A DNA stretch of 64,000 bases from Holosporales bacterium (lineage in GTDB: Bacteria; Pseudomonadota; Alphaproteobacteria; Paracaedibacterales; CANFPP01). Location: NCBI GenBank assembly GCA_947449005.1, contig CANFPP010000008.1, positions 3,884 through 67,883 on the forward strand, read 5' to 3'. The position numbers and the translations under genes are program-made. The notes under the pieces are model-generated. The model was not told the DNA's origin. It made no database searches and saw only the letters and a list, made by a program, of their open reading frames with translations. This document shows positions 30,875-40,347 of the stretch, in pieces (within the stretch, counting starts at the first letter, position 1; the number at the start of each line of letters is the position of its first letter).

Positions 30875-32752
30875 ATGGGGAATAAATTGGCTATTAAACT
30901 TTATTTACGATTAGTAGCTTCTGTGTTTGTTCTGTCATCAAGTGTGTTTGCGTTACCCTTAATTGATATTCTAGAAGGTAATCACACCAACAGAGCTAAA
31001 GTTTACAGAGGTGAAACTTTCGAGGAACAGAGGGATGCGAATGAATACACTGATGAAAACAATAGTATTCTAGGTGATGAAGGTAAACTCGTAAAACGCA
31101 TCGCAACACCAGATGAAAAGGCAAAAACTGCAAAAGCTGTTTTCGGGGCGGCTTGGACAGATTTGACTGTTGATGGAGCTGGTGCGATATCGTCTACGCA
31201 AAGCATAGATAGCCGTGCTCATAAAAATCCATATAAGCTGTGTGATGATGTTATCGATCGCTATTTTTTGGCCCATTACATAGTGCTACGTGGTTTGGAT
31301 GATCTTGCAAGAAATGTTGTGGGTAATATTTTATCATCAGAAGATTTGTCCATTAATAGATCATTATTGACAGGCTATGAGTGGCTTTTTGCTGTTGATG
31401 GTTTTGATGAAGATACAATTTTTGGATGGCTCAATGAGGTTCATGTGCAGCACTTTGATGGACTGAAGGAACGCTTCGATGCGTCAAAGCGTGTCATTCA
31501 ACAATTAGCAGAAGTAGAAGAAAAACGCCAAAGAGCAGAAGTGGCGAGAGCAGCTAAAGTTGCTGCTGAGGAAACAGTCAGACTCGCAGCAACACGTACG
31601 CAAGTTGCAAGATTTTTTGCAGGCAAGCTGGCTGATATTGATTCTACGTTAATTACACCTGATGTGTGTGCAGTTTTAGCTGAGATAGCCGCAGATGCCG
31701 GTCATGATAATCGATTTGATGCGGCGGTTATGTTGATGGATTACTCATTTGTGAGTGAAGAAGATGTTCACAGAAAAGAAATTGCGTTAGCTGCTTTGCG
31801 TGATCTCTCTGGGCGTGCGGATGCAGGTGATTATAACCCAAACACTAATTTGAATCCAATTTTTGCAAAATATATTGTGAATGCGATGCGGGAAAAAGGC
31901 GCTGAAGCTGGAATTATTGGAGCTGCGGCAAGTGCAGCAGCTGCTGAAGATGAAGAAACATTAGGCCTGGTCACAATGAAAGCTGTTCCCTTTAATATTC
32001 TTAAGTTTAGGGATGAGAAAAAGAAGTTGTTTGAGCGCGACGGTTGCCTTGATATTCAGCCGGTGCTTCGTGCTGCTGATGCCAATACAGAGCTGTATGA
32101 ATGTCTTAAAGTAATAGCGTCTAGTGAGCATAATAAGAGCGATAGAGCAGCAGCTGAGTTGCTTTATTGTTTGTGTGATTCGAACCCAGCAATATATCGT
32201 GCATTTGGTAAGCAGTATTTAGAGAATATGGATAGAAATAGCCGCGGGAACTCTGGGGCTATTCTTAAGCACTTATCAGCATTGGAGGGGCTTGTTAAAC
32301 TTTCTCCTGAAGAAGATATAGAGGGCAATATGCCTTTTTACGATGCCATTCGTATAATTGTAGAGACTCCTCAACTTACACCTGTGCTGTTTGATGGGCT
32401 CGTTGCAATCTCATATTTTCCACAGCACCCTAAATGGCAAGCATTGTTTAACACTCAAAATGGATTTAGATCTTGGGGATATGGAGAGCGTTTGAACTGC
32501 TCACCGAGGCTAAGAGGAAGAATGTCTATCTTAAAAGAAATGGTGCGAGAAAATCTAAGCAAAAATAATGTGCCAACTCGAAGAATTACTTCTTTTTTGG
32601 GCGGTGAGACTCAATGGAACGAGGATGCTGATATTTCCAAAACTCATCCAGAAATTTATGATGCAATTATAGGTCAGATTTTAGCGGGTCCGGTTGGACG
32701 TATACCGGATGCTGCTGATAAGGTTCGTGCATTGTTGGGGGCTATGTCCTGA
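30875..32752 (+). CDS. Hypothetical secreted protein with coiled coil and helical repeats
   Basis: Signal peptide SSSVFA-L; 625-aa ORF with RBS; no recognisable family. Confidence 0.7.
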   Translation: MGNKLAIKLYLRLVASVFVLSSSVFALPLIDILEGNHTNRAKVYRGETFEEQRDANEYTDENNSILGDEGKLVKRIATPDEKAKTAKAVFGAAWTDLTVDGAGAISSTQSIDSRAHKNPYKLCDDVIDRYFLAHYIVLRGLDDLARNVVGNILSSEDLSINRSLLTGYEWLFAVDGFDEDTIFGWLNEVHVQHFDGLKERFDASKRVIQQLAEVEEKRQRAEVARAAKVAAEETVRLAATRTQVARFFAGKLADIDSTLITPDVCAVLAEIAADAGHDNRFDAAVMLMDYSFVSEEDVHRKEIALAALRDLSGRADAGDYNPNTNLNPIFAKYIVNAMREKGAEAGIIGAAASAAAAEDEETLGLVTMKAVPFNILKFRDEKKKLFERDGCLDIQPVLRAADANTELYECLKVIASSEHNKSDRAAAELLYCLCDSNPAIYRAFGKQYLENMDRNSRGNSGAILKHLSALEGLVKLSPEEDIEGNMPFYDAIRIIVETPQLTPVLFDGLVAISYFPQHPKWQALFNTQNGFRSWGYGERLNCSPRLRGRMSILKEMVRENLSKNNVPTRRITSFLGGETQWNEDADISKTHPEIYDAIIGQILAGPVGRIPDAADKVRALLGAMS

Positions 32753-32857
32753 AATAAAAGATTCTGCTTTCTTAAATAAGCTGCGATAGGAAAGTTTTTG
32801 CAGGTACAATTGTTGGGGTGTAGGTAGAAATCAGCTTTGGTGTAGTCTCTATAACAA

Positions 32858-32923
32858 CTAGATTATTCCGAACCTGATCTCGAAATAATCTAGAGTAATC
32901 CGAAATCGACTTCGGATTACTCT
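32858..32923. repeat. Two abutting related hairpins
   Basis: CTAGATTATTCCGA...TCGAAATAATCTAG and AGAGTAATCCGAA...TTCGGATTACTCT. Confidence 0.6.
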
Positions 32924-32931
32924 GATGAATT

Positions 32932-33134
32932 TCACAAATATTTGCGAAGGAGAAAGAAGATGGAGCTTTTTAAGTACTCGCTACTTTTAAATTCAACTTG
33001 ATAGCCGAGTTTGGATAGAAGCTTAAGGCTTCAAAGTTTATCGTGTTGACAGTTAAAAACAGGCAATCTTTTCCTCTGCCTAAATCTTCAGCGGCTTTCA
33101 TAGTTTTTGTGCCATATCCATGGCCTCTTGTGGG
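32932..33134 (-). pseudogene. GNAT acetyltransferase C-terminal remnant with frameshift
   Basis: Minus strand reads TRGHGYGTKTMKAAEDLGRGKDCLFLTVNTINFEALSFY (frameshift) LGYQVEFKSSEYLKSSIFFLLRKYL*; acetyl-CoA motif R-G-x-G-x-G and A-x-x-FY-x-x-LGY. Confidence 0.7.
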
Positions 33135-33191
33135 TTTTTCTACTCAAAATCTCCGCCTTAAATTCCAGGCATCTTCATTCGTAACAGGGAT
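33135..33191. mobile_element. Right-end fragment of the 165-bp MITE (copy 3)
   Basis: CTCAAAATCTCCGCCTTAAATTCCAGGCATCTTCATTCGTAACAGG matches the right end of copies 1 and 2. Confidence 0.8.
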
Positions 33192-33294
33192 GGCTAAAAC
33201 AGATAATCTCGATTCTCATTATAAGAGAAAACGTCATGTTATTGCTGTAAAAGAGTCTAGATTGCTAAGTAACATAATCGTTTTGACAAAATGC

Positions 33295-33825
33295 TTAATC
33301 AAGCTCATTGATAGTGATGCCAGGGAAAAATGTAGAATGAAGAGGGCTATTGTCGCACGGTGATGAGTTCGTATCTTGTGGAAAAATAAAGTCTTCTAGG
33401 CTGCGCAGAATAGCAGCGCCGCGATTCTCAATTGTAATGCTGCTATCCTTAGAGGAAGAATCATCATGTTCCATCAGGGCGGTAAGTTCGTGTTCTGTAA
33501 GACAACCGTAATAGAGCTTACCATTAACGTGCCTAACCTTACTGTTAATGCTATCAATATTGCTAGGATTAGGAGGAAGAAACATACTGCCGCCCATCAT
33601 AATAGGGAATAAGGGTCTGCTCGGAATAGAGCTTCTTATGTCACATATAGCTATAATGCGATCCTCATCAGGAGAGAATAAAACATCATTCGGATTCAGA
33701 GGTGAGTTAGTGAGGCTTTTATCAACGTGGAGATCGAGATCTTCGTCTTTATTGGCATCAACAGACTGGCTTATAAGGCAAAAAGTCATAATCATTAAAT
33801 AATAGGATATTATTTTTTTAGACAT
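33295..33825 (-). CDS. Hypothetical secreted protein
   Basis: GAGG RBS, signal-like N-terminus (SVDA-N), no recognisable domain. Confidence 0.6.
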   Translation of the reverse strand: MSKKIISYYLMIMTFCLISQSVDANKDEDLDLHVDKSLTNSPLNPNDVLFSPDEDRIIAICDIRSSIPSRPLFPIMMGGSMFLPPNPSNIDSINSKVRHVNGKLYYGCLTEHELTALMEHDDSSSKDSSITIENRGAAILRSLEDFIFPQDTNSSPCDNSPLHSTFFPGITINELD

Positions 33826-33973
33826 TTTTACCTCTTAGGTCAATTTTAATACTTAGCTGCATATTGCATTCTTACAAACTTTAAATGAAGAATTAAAGAA
33901 AATCTTCCTTCAAAAGTTAAATTTTAAAAATATTTTCCTGCTGGCTAGTTCAATTTAACTGATTTTTTGCAAT

Positions 33974-34015
33974 AAAAAACCCTCCAAACCATTCGAAAAC
34001 AGTTGGAGGGTTTTT
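33974..34015 (-). terminator. Intrinsic terminator after the PPIase gene
   Basis: AAAAAACCCTCCAA...TTGGAGGGTTTTT. Confidence 0.8.
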
Positions 34016-34030
34016 GTAGCTTTTAGAAAG

Positions 34031-34987
34031 TTATTTTACAGCAGGAGCAGGAACAGCGGCTGGAACTGCAGGAGCATCAGCTTTCTTTTCCTCAACTTTT
34101 TCAACAAGTGGCTTGCCTTCTGTGTCAAACTTTTCAACTTTAGCTTCTGTGCGAAGACCTTTTATGAAATCAGCAGCATACTGTGGTGTAACTGCCTTAT
34201 AGATTTCGCCTTTGATTTCTTCAAACTTCGGAGGCTCAATTGGTCTCTTGTCTTCAACGCGAACAACGCTAAATCCAAGTTCGCCGAGATTCACAGGCTC
34301 TGGAACCAAAGTTGCTTTTGCAGCTTTAAACACAGCATCACCAAATTCTTTTGGTAGATCGCTACGACGAACGTAACCTAGGTCACCGCCTTGTTCTTTT
34401 GTCTGTTCATCAATTGATTTTTCTTTAGCAAGCTCGTCAAATTTTTTGCCGTCTTTGATCTCTCTGATAATTTTTTCAGCTTCAGCTTTCGTTTTAACAA
34501 GAATATGCTTCAAACGAATCTCAAATTGATCCTTTGGCATCATTTTTAGAACTTCTTGGTATTTTTCTTTTAAAGCTTCAACTGTAATAAGTTTTGCAAT
34601 TTCTTTATCCAAGTATGCTTTTTGGATCATAGCTTCCTTAGCATCTTCGATTTTTTTCAAAACTTCTGCGTCTTTATCAACGCCAGCTTTTCTTGCAGCA
34701 TTTGAGATAAGCTTCATGTCGATAATACGATTCAAAAGAGCTTCATAAATTTTTTCAAATGGCGCTTCCTTTAACTGTGGAGGAAGTGTTTCAATACTTT
34801 TTAGCAATTCTTTCATCAAAATGGTTGTGCCATCAGGGAATTTTGCTATGACTTTTTCGCCATCTAATTTTGCAGGATCAATTTTCGCTGTATCTGCTTT
34901 TGGCGCTTCTGCATTTGTGCTTGTCGCAAACGTCATACATGATAGAACCAAGACAGCTGTAAGGCTGTGAACTATTTTGTGGACCAT
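34031..34987 (-). CDS. Parvulin-type peptidyl-prolyl isomerase (PrsA/PpiC-like), exported
   Basis: HILVK, FDELAKEKSID, GGDLGY, EFGDAVF; divergent from secA as in other alphaproteobacteria. Confidence 0.9.
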   Translation of the reverse strand: MVHKIVHSLTAVLVLSCMTFATSTNAEAPKADTAKIDPAKLDGEKVIAKFPDGTTILMKELLKSIETLPPQLKEAPFEKIYEALLNRIIDMKLISNAARKAGVDKDAEVLKKIEDAKEAMIQKAYLDKEIAKLITVEALKEKYQEVLKMMPKDQFEIRLKHILVKTKAEAEKIIREIKDGKKFDELAKEKSIDEQTKEQGGDLGYVRRSDLPKEFGDAVFKAAKATLVPEPVNLGELGFSVVRVEDKRPIEPPKFEEIKGEIYKAVTPQYAADFIKGLRTEAKVEKFDTEGKPLVEKVEEKKADAPAVPAAVPAPAVK

Positions 34988-35220
34988 AAAAGTATTTCCT
35001 TATCTTATAAATTAACCAATTGGAAGAATTTTATATATTAATATAGCTTTAGGTACGACATAATAGGGAAATTAGCAAGTTAAACATCAATATCTCCCAT
35101 TCTCTAAATGGCGTAGATAAGATATTGCTACCAATAGGTGGCGAAAAGGCTACAGACATGCTATGTCTATAAACTATGGTAACTTGCTATAAAAGTTTTA
35201 TTTAATTTTTTGAGGGATAA

Positions 35221-37989
35221 ATGTTTTCAGCAACAATAAGAAAGTTGTTTGGTTCAGCGAACGATCGGATTGTAAAAAAATACGATAAATTGGCAAAGCA
35301 AATTAACAAAATTGAAGCAAGTGTGGTTGATTTATCGGATCAGGAACTACAAGCCAGAACGGCTTGGTTTAAAGAGCGCCTTCAAAAAGGTGAAACTCTA
35401 GATGATATTATGGTCGAAGCATTTGCAACAGTTCGCGAAGCCTCAAAGCGTGTTTTAGGAATGCGCCCGTTTGATGTGCAGCTTATTGGGGGAACAGTTC
35501 TTCATCAAGGTATGATTGCAGAAATGAAAACCGGTGAAGGTAAAACTTTGGTTGCAACTCTGCCAGTTTATCTTAATGCGTTAACTGGTAAAGGCGTTCA
35601 CGTTATTACGGTGAATGATTACCTTGCGCAACGTGATGCTAATTGGATGGGCCAGCTCTATCAATTTTTAGGATTAAGCATCGGCTGCATTGTGCATGGA
35701 CTTACCGACAGTGAACGTCAAGATGCTTATAATGCTGATATTACTTATGGAACCAATCACGAGTTTGGCTTTGATTATTTAAGAGATAATATGAAGTTCC
35801 GCCTCGGTGAAATGGTTCAGCGTCCCTTTAATTATGCGATTGTGGACGAAGTTGATAACATTTTAATTGATGAAGCAAGAACGCCTTTAATTATTTCAGG
35901 TCCAGCGGAAGACTCATCCGAGCTTTATGGGGCTATTGATGTCTTGATTCCTCATTTAGTTGAGCAAGATTACGAGAAAGATGAAAAACAACGTTCTGTG
36001 ACTTTGACGGATTCTGGTGTTGAAAAAATAGAAAAACTATTATTCGAACATGGGATCATTAAAGGAAACAATCTTTATGAAATTCAAAATATTGGTGTTG
36101 TTCATCATGTGAACTCGGCTTTGCGTGCACACAAACTTTATACACGCGATGTTGATTACATTGTGAAAGATGAAAAAGTTATCATTATTGATGAGTTTAC
36201 AGGGCGAATGATGGATGGTCGTCGTTACTCTGAAGGGCTTCATCAGGCACTTGAAGCTAAAGAGAGGGTTCCAGTTGAAATGGAAAACCAAACTCTAGCA
36301 TCAATTACTTATCAGAATTTTTTCCGTCTTTATCCTAAATTATCAGGTATGGCAGGAACGGCTATGACTGAGGCGTCAGAGCTTGAAGAAATCTACAAGC
36401 TTCGCACAGTAGAAATTCCAACAAACGTTTCTGTGGCACGTAAAGATTACGATGATGAAGTTTACTTGACAGAGACTGAAAAATTTAATGCTGTCATTGA
36501 AGTGATTAAAGGGTGCCGGGAACGTCAACAACCTGTTTTGGTTGGCACAACCAGCATTGAAAAGTCAGAGCGCCTATCATCAATTTTGAAGAAAGATAAT
36601 ATTCCTCATCAGGTATTAAATGCGCGTTATCATGATCAAGAAGCTTTGATTATTTCAGAGGCAGGTAAATCTGGTGCGGTTACAATTGCAACCAACATGG
36701 CTGGACGTGGTACAGACATTAAGCTTGGTGGTAACTTTGAAATGAGAGTTGCTAGAGAAACTTCAGCAATGGAAGATGGAGCGAAAAAGCAAAGCATAAT
36801 CGCGACTATCAAAGAAGAAATTCTACGTGATGAAGAAAATGTTAAAAAAGCTGGCGGTCTTTACGTAATCGGAACCGAACGCCACGAAAGCCGACGGATT
36901 GATAACCAGTTACGTGGTAGATCTGGTCGCCAAGGAGACCCAGGCGCTTCAAAATTCTTTATCTCACTCGAAGACGACTTGATGAGAATTTTTGGATCTG
37001 AACGTTTAGATAGTATGCTGCGTAAGCTCGGCGTTAAAGAGGGCGAAGCAATCTCGCATACATGGATTAGTAAAGCTTTAGAGCGTGCGCAAAGTAAAGT
37101 TGAGGCGCGAAACTTTGATATTCGCAAACACTTGCTTCGTTATGACGATGTTATGAGTGATCAACGTAAAATTATCTACGAACAACGTCGTGACCTTATG
37201 AGAGCGGATGATATCAGCGACATGATCACAGATATACGGGATGAAGTTATTTCTGGTACAGTTAGTTCTCATATTCCTGAAAATGTAATTGCTGAACAGT
37301 GGAATTTACAGGGCTTACATAGCGAATGTATGCGTTTGTTCGCGCTTGATTTGCCAATTATGGATTGGGGTAATGAAGATGGAATTTCAGAACCAGAGTT
37401 ACGTCAGCGTATCTATAAGGCTGTAGAAGAAAAAATTGCAGCTAAAGAAGAAAAATATGGCGCAGCTCTTTTGCGAAGTGCTGAAAAGACTTTATTATTA
37501 CGTCTTTTGGATCAATTCTGGAAAGATCACCTTTTAACTCTAGATCACTTGCGCCAGGGTATTAACCTTAGAGCTTATGCACAGGGGAATCCTCTCAATG
37601 AATACAAGCGAGAGGCATTTAATTTATTCCAAGGAATGTTAGATCGTTTACGTGAGGAAATTATTAGTGTTCTTTGTCATTTTGAATTTAACTTGCCTGA
37701 AAATGGATCGATAGAAAGCGCTCTGGGGAACGAGATAGATTTCTCATCTCTAAATGAACTTCTTCCAGATTGGACAAATGAGGAAGGAAATACTACTGGT
37801 GCTCCTCCTGTTTCTGGAGAAGAAGTGTCTAAAACACGTATAAATCGTTCTGCTCGAGCGTTCGATCAAAATGATCCAACGACTTGGGGGAAAACCTTAC
37901 GCAATTCATTGTGTCCGTGTAATTCAGGGAAGAAATATAAGCATTGTCATGGAGAGTTTGACAGCGTCACTAAAAAAGCTGGAGCTTAA
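35221..37989 (+). CDS. secA: Preprotein translocase ATPase SecA
   Basis: [59 protein letters not shown]. Confidence 0.99.
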   Translation: MFSATIRKLFGSANDRIVKKYDKLAKQINKIEASVVDLSDQELQARTAWFKERLQKGETLDDIMVEAFATVREASKRVLGMRPFDVQLIGGTVLHQGMIAEMKTGEGKTLVATLPVYLNALTGKGVHVITVNDYLAQRDANWMGQLYQFLGLSIGCIVHGLTDSERQDAYNADITYGTNHEFGFDYLRDNMKFRLGEMVQRPFNYAIVDEVDNILIDEARTPLIISGPAEDSSELYGAIDVLIPHLVEQDYEKDEKQRSVTLTDSGVEKIEKLLFEHGIIKGNNLYEIQNIGVVHHVNSALRAHKLYTRDVDYIVKDEKVIIIDEFTGRMMDGRRYSEGLHQALEAKERVPVEMENQTLASITYQNFFRLYPKLSGMAGTAMTEASELEEIYKLRTVEIPTNVSVARKDYDDEVYLTETEKFNAVIEVIKGCRERQQPVLVGTTSIEKSERLSSILKKDNIPHQVLNARYHDQEALIISEAGKSGAVTIATNMAGRGTDIKLGGNFEMRVARETSAMEDGAKKQSIIATIKEEILRDEENVKKAGGLYVIGTERHESRRIDNQLRGRSGRQGDPGASKFFISLEDDLMRIFGSERLDSMLRKLGVKEGEAISHTWISKALERAQSKVEARNFDIRKHLLRYDDVMSDQRKIIYEQRRDLMRADDISDMITDIRDEVISGTVSSHIPENVIAEQWNLQGLHSECMRLFALDLPIMDWGNEDGISEPELRQRIYKAVEEKIAAKEEKYGAALLRSAEKTLLLRLLDQFWKDHLLTLDHLRQGINLRAYAQGNPLNEYKREAFNLFQGMLDRLREEIISVLCHFEFNLPENGSIESALGNEIDFSSLNELLPDWTNEEGNTTGAPPVSGEEVSKTRINRSARAFDQNDPTTWGKTLRNSLCPCNSGKKYKHCHGEFDSVTKKAGA

Positions 37990-37994
37990 GATTA

Positions 37995-39248
37995 TCACGA
38001 CGATATTTGTAGGGTGCGAGCTTTAATCACACTGCAAATATCGTCAAAAATGGTTGATTGAATCCCATCGCTTTTTAGACTAAATTTCAGTTCAGATGCT
38101 TTTTTAAGGCATTCGTTCGACATGTAAGCTAGGCGTTTCTCTAAATTCATCTTGGCAGAAGCTGTATCTGGAACAAGAGAATGCCAGTGGCGTAAAAACA
38201 CATAGTTATGCTCATACTTTCCACCAATTTTCATTGCCATTTTTGATGATAGAGTTGGATATGCTGCTGTGCAGAGCATGTCATAAGCGGGCGCTAAAAC
38301 TGGCGTGCGACCCTTATAAAGTAGAGAGAAATTTTTGCCGTGTGCATCGGCATTACCGATCAAATAGTTGAATATTACGCGGTTTAAAAAAGAAAAATAA
38401 TCTACTGCAGGCTTGCTTGAGTGTTTCTGTAAAATATCTAAGCATTTCGCAATACTTGGTCCGCCCTCGCGTTCATATTTTAGTTCAGGCACAATACTTA
38501 GAGCCTGGCAAAAATCTTCCTGATGTAATCGTTTGATCGTTCCTGTTTTATCACGTATACGATCGTATCGTTCGATTAAAAAATACGGCGTTTCATTAAG
38601 CCAACGTATTTCTGTATGTGGTGCTTCGATACCTAGTCGAATGGCAAGCTGCATACAAAAAAATTCATTATGGACACTGCCTTTTATGCCATCCATATCT
38701 GCGATTAACGGCTTCAAAATATGTGACGTTGGGGTTGTGCCTTTGATTAAGGCAATTTTCCCCCCCTTTATCCCTACTGCAATTTTATTCTGTGCTCCTG
38801 CTAAAGATAAGCGCAGATCATCAGTCCCTGCCAAGAGAGGCCGTCGTTTAAGCAATTCAAAAATTTCTCGTAACTTATGATCATCTAGAACTTCAGTATC
38901 TAATGTTTGTTCTTCTGATGGAATTTGTCCTTCGGGATATAGTGATACAGCTCCGGCACATTCTCCGCCAATCTGCTCGAGTAACGCAAAAGGGTTTTTT
39001 TCTGAAATGCCTAAATAGCGTGCTAAGCGTTCTCGCACGATATCATCGGGGAGAAATCCAGAGAAAAATGCTTTTGCTTGATTGTTTTCATAGGCTTCAG
39101 ATCGAATTGGCATAGATACTGATAAAGGAGATGAGTTTTTATCACTGCAATAATTCAAGTCATACTGAAATGATAAATTTCCAGAGTCATTCTGGACTAG
39201 TTTTCCAGCAAAGACATTATGAAAATAAACGTCGAGAATACGGCTCAT
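37995..39248 (-). CDS. hipA: HipA-family Ser/Thr kinase toxin
   Basis: N-terminal couple domain PLSVSMP, G.ECAGAV, SLAGAQNK, HQEDFCQAL, GNADAHGKNFS, LAPAYD. Confidence 0.93.
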   Translation of the reverse strand: MSRILDVYFHNVFAGKLVQNDSGNLSFQYDLNYCSDKNSSPLSVSMPIRSEAYENNQAKAFFSGFLPDDIVRERLARYLGISEKNPFALLEQIGGECAGAVSLYPEGQIPSEEQTLDTEVLDDHKLREIFELLKRRPLLAGTDDLRLSLAGAQNKIAVGIKGGKIALIKGTTPTSHILKPLIADMDGIKGSVHNEFFCMQLAIRLGIEAPHTEIRWLNETPYFLIERYDRIRDKTGTIKRLHQEDFCQALSIVPELKYEREGGPSIAKCLDILQKHSSKPAVDYFSFLNRVIFNYLIGNADAHGKNFSLLYKGRTPVLAPAYDMLCTAAYPTLSSKMAMKIGGKYEHNYVFLRHWHSLVPDTASAKMNLEKRLAYMSNECLKKASELKFSLKSDGIQSTIFDDICSVIKARTLQISS

Positions 39249-39466
39249 AACTCACCATCTTTTGATGAGGCGAAAACAGTGATTCCAAGCATTCTCATGA
39301 CTTGTAGGACCTTGCTAATTTGACAGGACTGCTTTCCTTGCTCTAGTTCACGGATAAAACGTATGCCAACCCCTGATGCAGCAGAAAGCTGCTCTTGCGT
39401 TAATCCTTGAGATTTTCGTGTGTCGTGAATTAAGCTTCCCAAGCTTCTAATGTCCGTTATCTGCAT
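39245..39466 (-). CDS. hipB: HipB-like HTH antitoxin (y4mF family)
   Basis: RKSQGLTQEQL..ASGVGIRFIRELEQGK; 4-nt overlap with hipA. Confidence 0.88.
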   Translation of the reverse strand: MQITDIRSLGSLIHDTRKSQGLTQEQLSAASGVGIRFIRELEQGKQSCQISKVLQVMRMLGITVFASSKDGEL

Positions 39467-39472
39467 AAAATC

Positions 39473-39588
39473 AACCCCTTCGGGATTATCTTAACACAAT
39501 AAAAGCTAAAAGCAACAGAATAAACCCGAACGGGTTGATGTTGATGTTTTTGCCTAAGAATAAGAGAAAATACTCCTGATCGGGAGTA
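39473..39588. promoter_or_regulatory. Three putative HipB operator palindromes (CCCG-NN-CGGG type)
   Basis: CCCCTTCGGG (39475), CCCGAACGGG (39525), CCTGATCGGG (39575) in the hipB upstream region. Confidence 0.65.
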
Positions 39589-39593
39589 TTTTC

Positions 39594-40304
39594 TTAATAC
39601 TTATTGGTAAGCTTTAAGAGCCAAATGGGGCAATGGTCGACGAGAAAAGATTCAATATGCTTTTCAAAGCCAGTGACCATGAGAAGACCAATAATAATAA
39701 GGACAACACCGAGTATTCTTTTGCTTGCTTTGCCAAACTCTAGCCAATTCTTTCTTTTGAATATGCCATGGCTTAGATAAGAAAGGGCAATAAGGGGTGT
39801 ACTAACGCCAAGGCTATAACACATCATAATTAAGGCTGCGTAATAGAGGTCCTGTTTGTGACTTGCAAGACTGATGGCAAGACCAAGAGTTGGTCCAGTG
39901 CACGGCAACCAAGCCCCACCAAGCAAGAGTCCTAAAACAAACTGCCCACCTAGCCCCTCAAGCTTTACTTTGTGAGAAGCGCTGCTAAAAAGATTGGTTA
40001 TTGGGGATATCAGAGATTGGAGAATTTTGTTTAGCCCATCGCTAAAAAACACGAGGCCCACACCAATTAACATCGACGCAAAGAGCGTATGAAGAGTAGG
40101 GGCATCGAAGCCAAAGGCAGAGTTACTTGCGGCTAAGGTCATCCCAATGACTGTAAAAGTTACAGCCAATCCTGAAATCAAAGCAATAGGACCAAAGCGA
40201 TGTTTCTGCCATGCACTTAATAAGAGTACAGGGGCAATCGGTAGGACGCAGGGGCTAAATATGGCGAGAACGCCAGAGAAAAAACTGGTAAAGAGTACGA
40301 TCAC
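39594..40304 (-). CDS. ccdA: Cytochrome c biogenesis protein CcdA / DsbD-TM family
   Basis: FSPCVLP and WLPCTGPTLG redox Cys motifs; 6 TM. Confidence 0.88.
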   Translation of the reverse strand: MIVLFTSFFSGVLAIFSPCVLPIAPVLLLSAWQKHRFGPIALISGLAVTFTVIGMTLAASNSAFGFDAPTLHTLFASMLIGVGLVFFSDGLNKILQSLISPITNLFSSASHKVKLEGLGGQFVLGLLLGGAWLPCTGPTLGLAISLASHKQDLYYAALIMMCYSLGVSTPLIALSYLSHGIFKRKNWLEFGKASKRILGVVLIIIGLLMVTGFEKHIESFLVDHCPIWLLKLTNKY

Positions 40305-40347
40305 TTGTATGTTCTCCTGAATAGATTATGACTACTTTACCATGATT

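Noticed and set aside
33043-33363. 106-aa plus-strand ORF
   Set aside because: Chimera of the antisense GNAT remnant and a MITE end, and it overlaps the next gene
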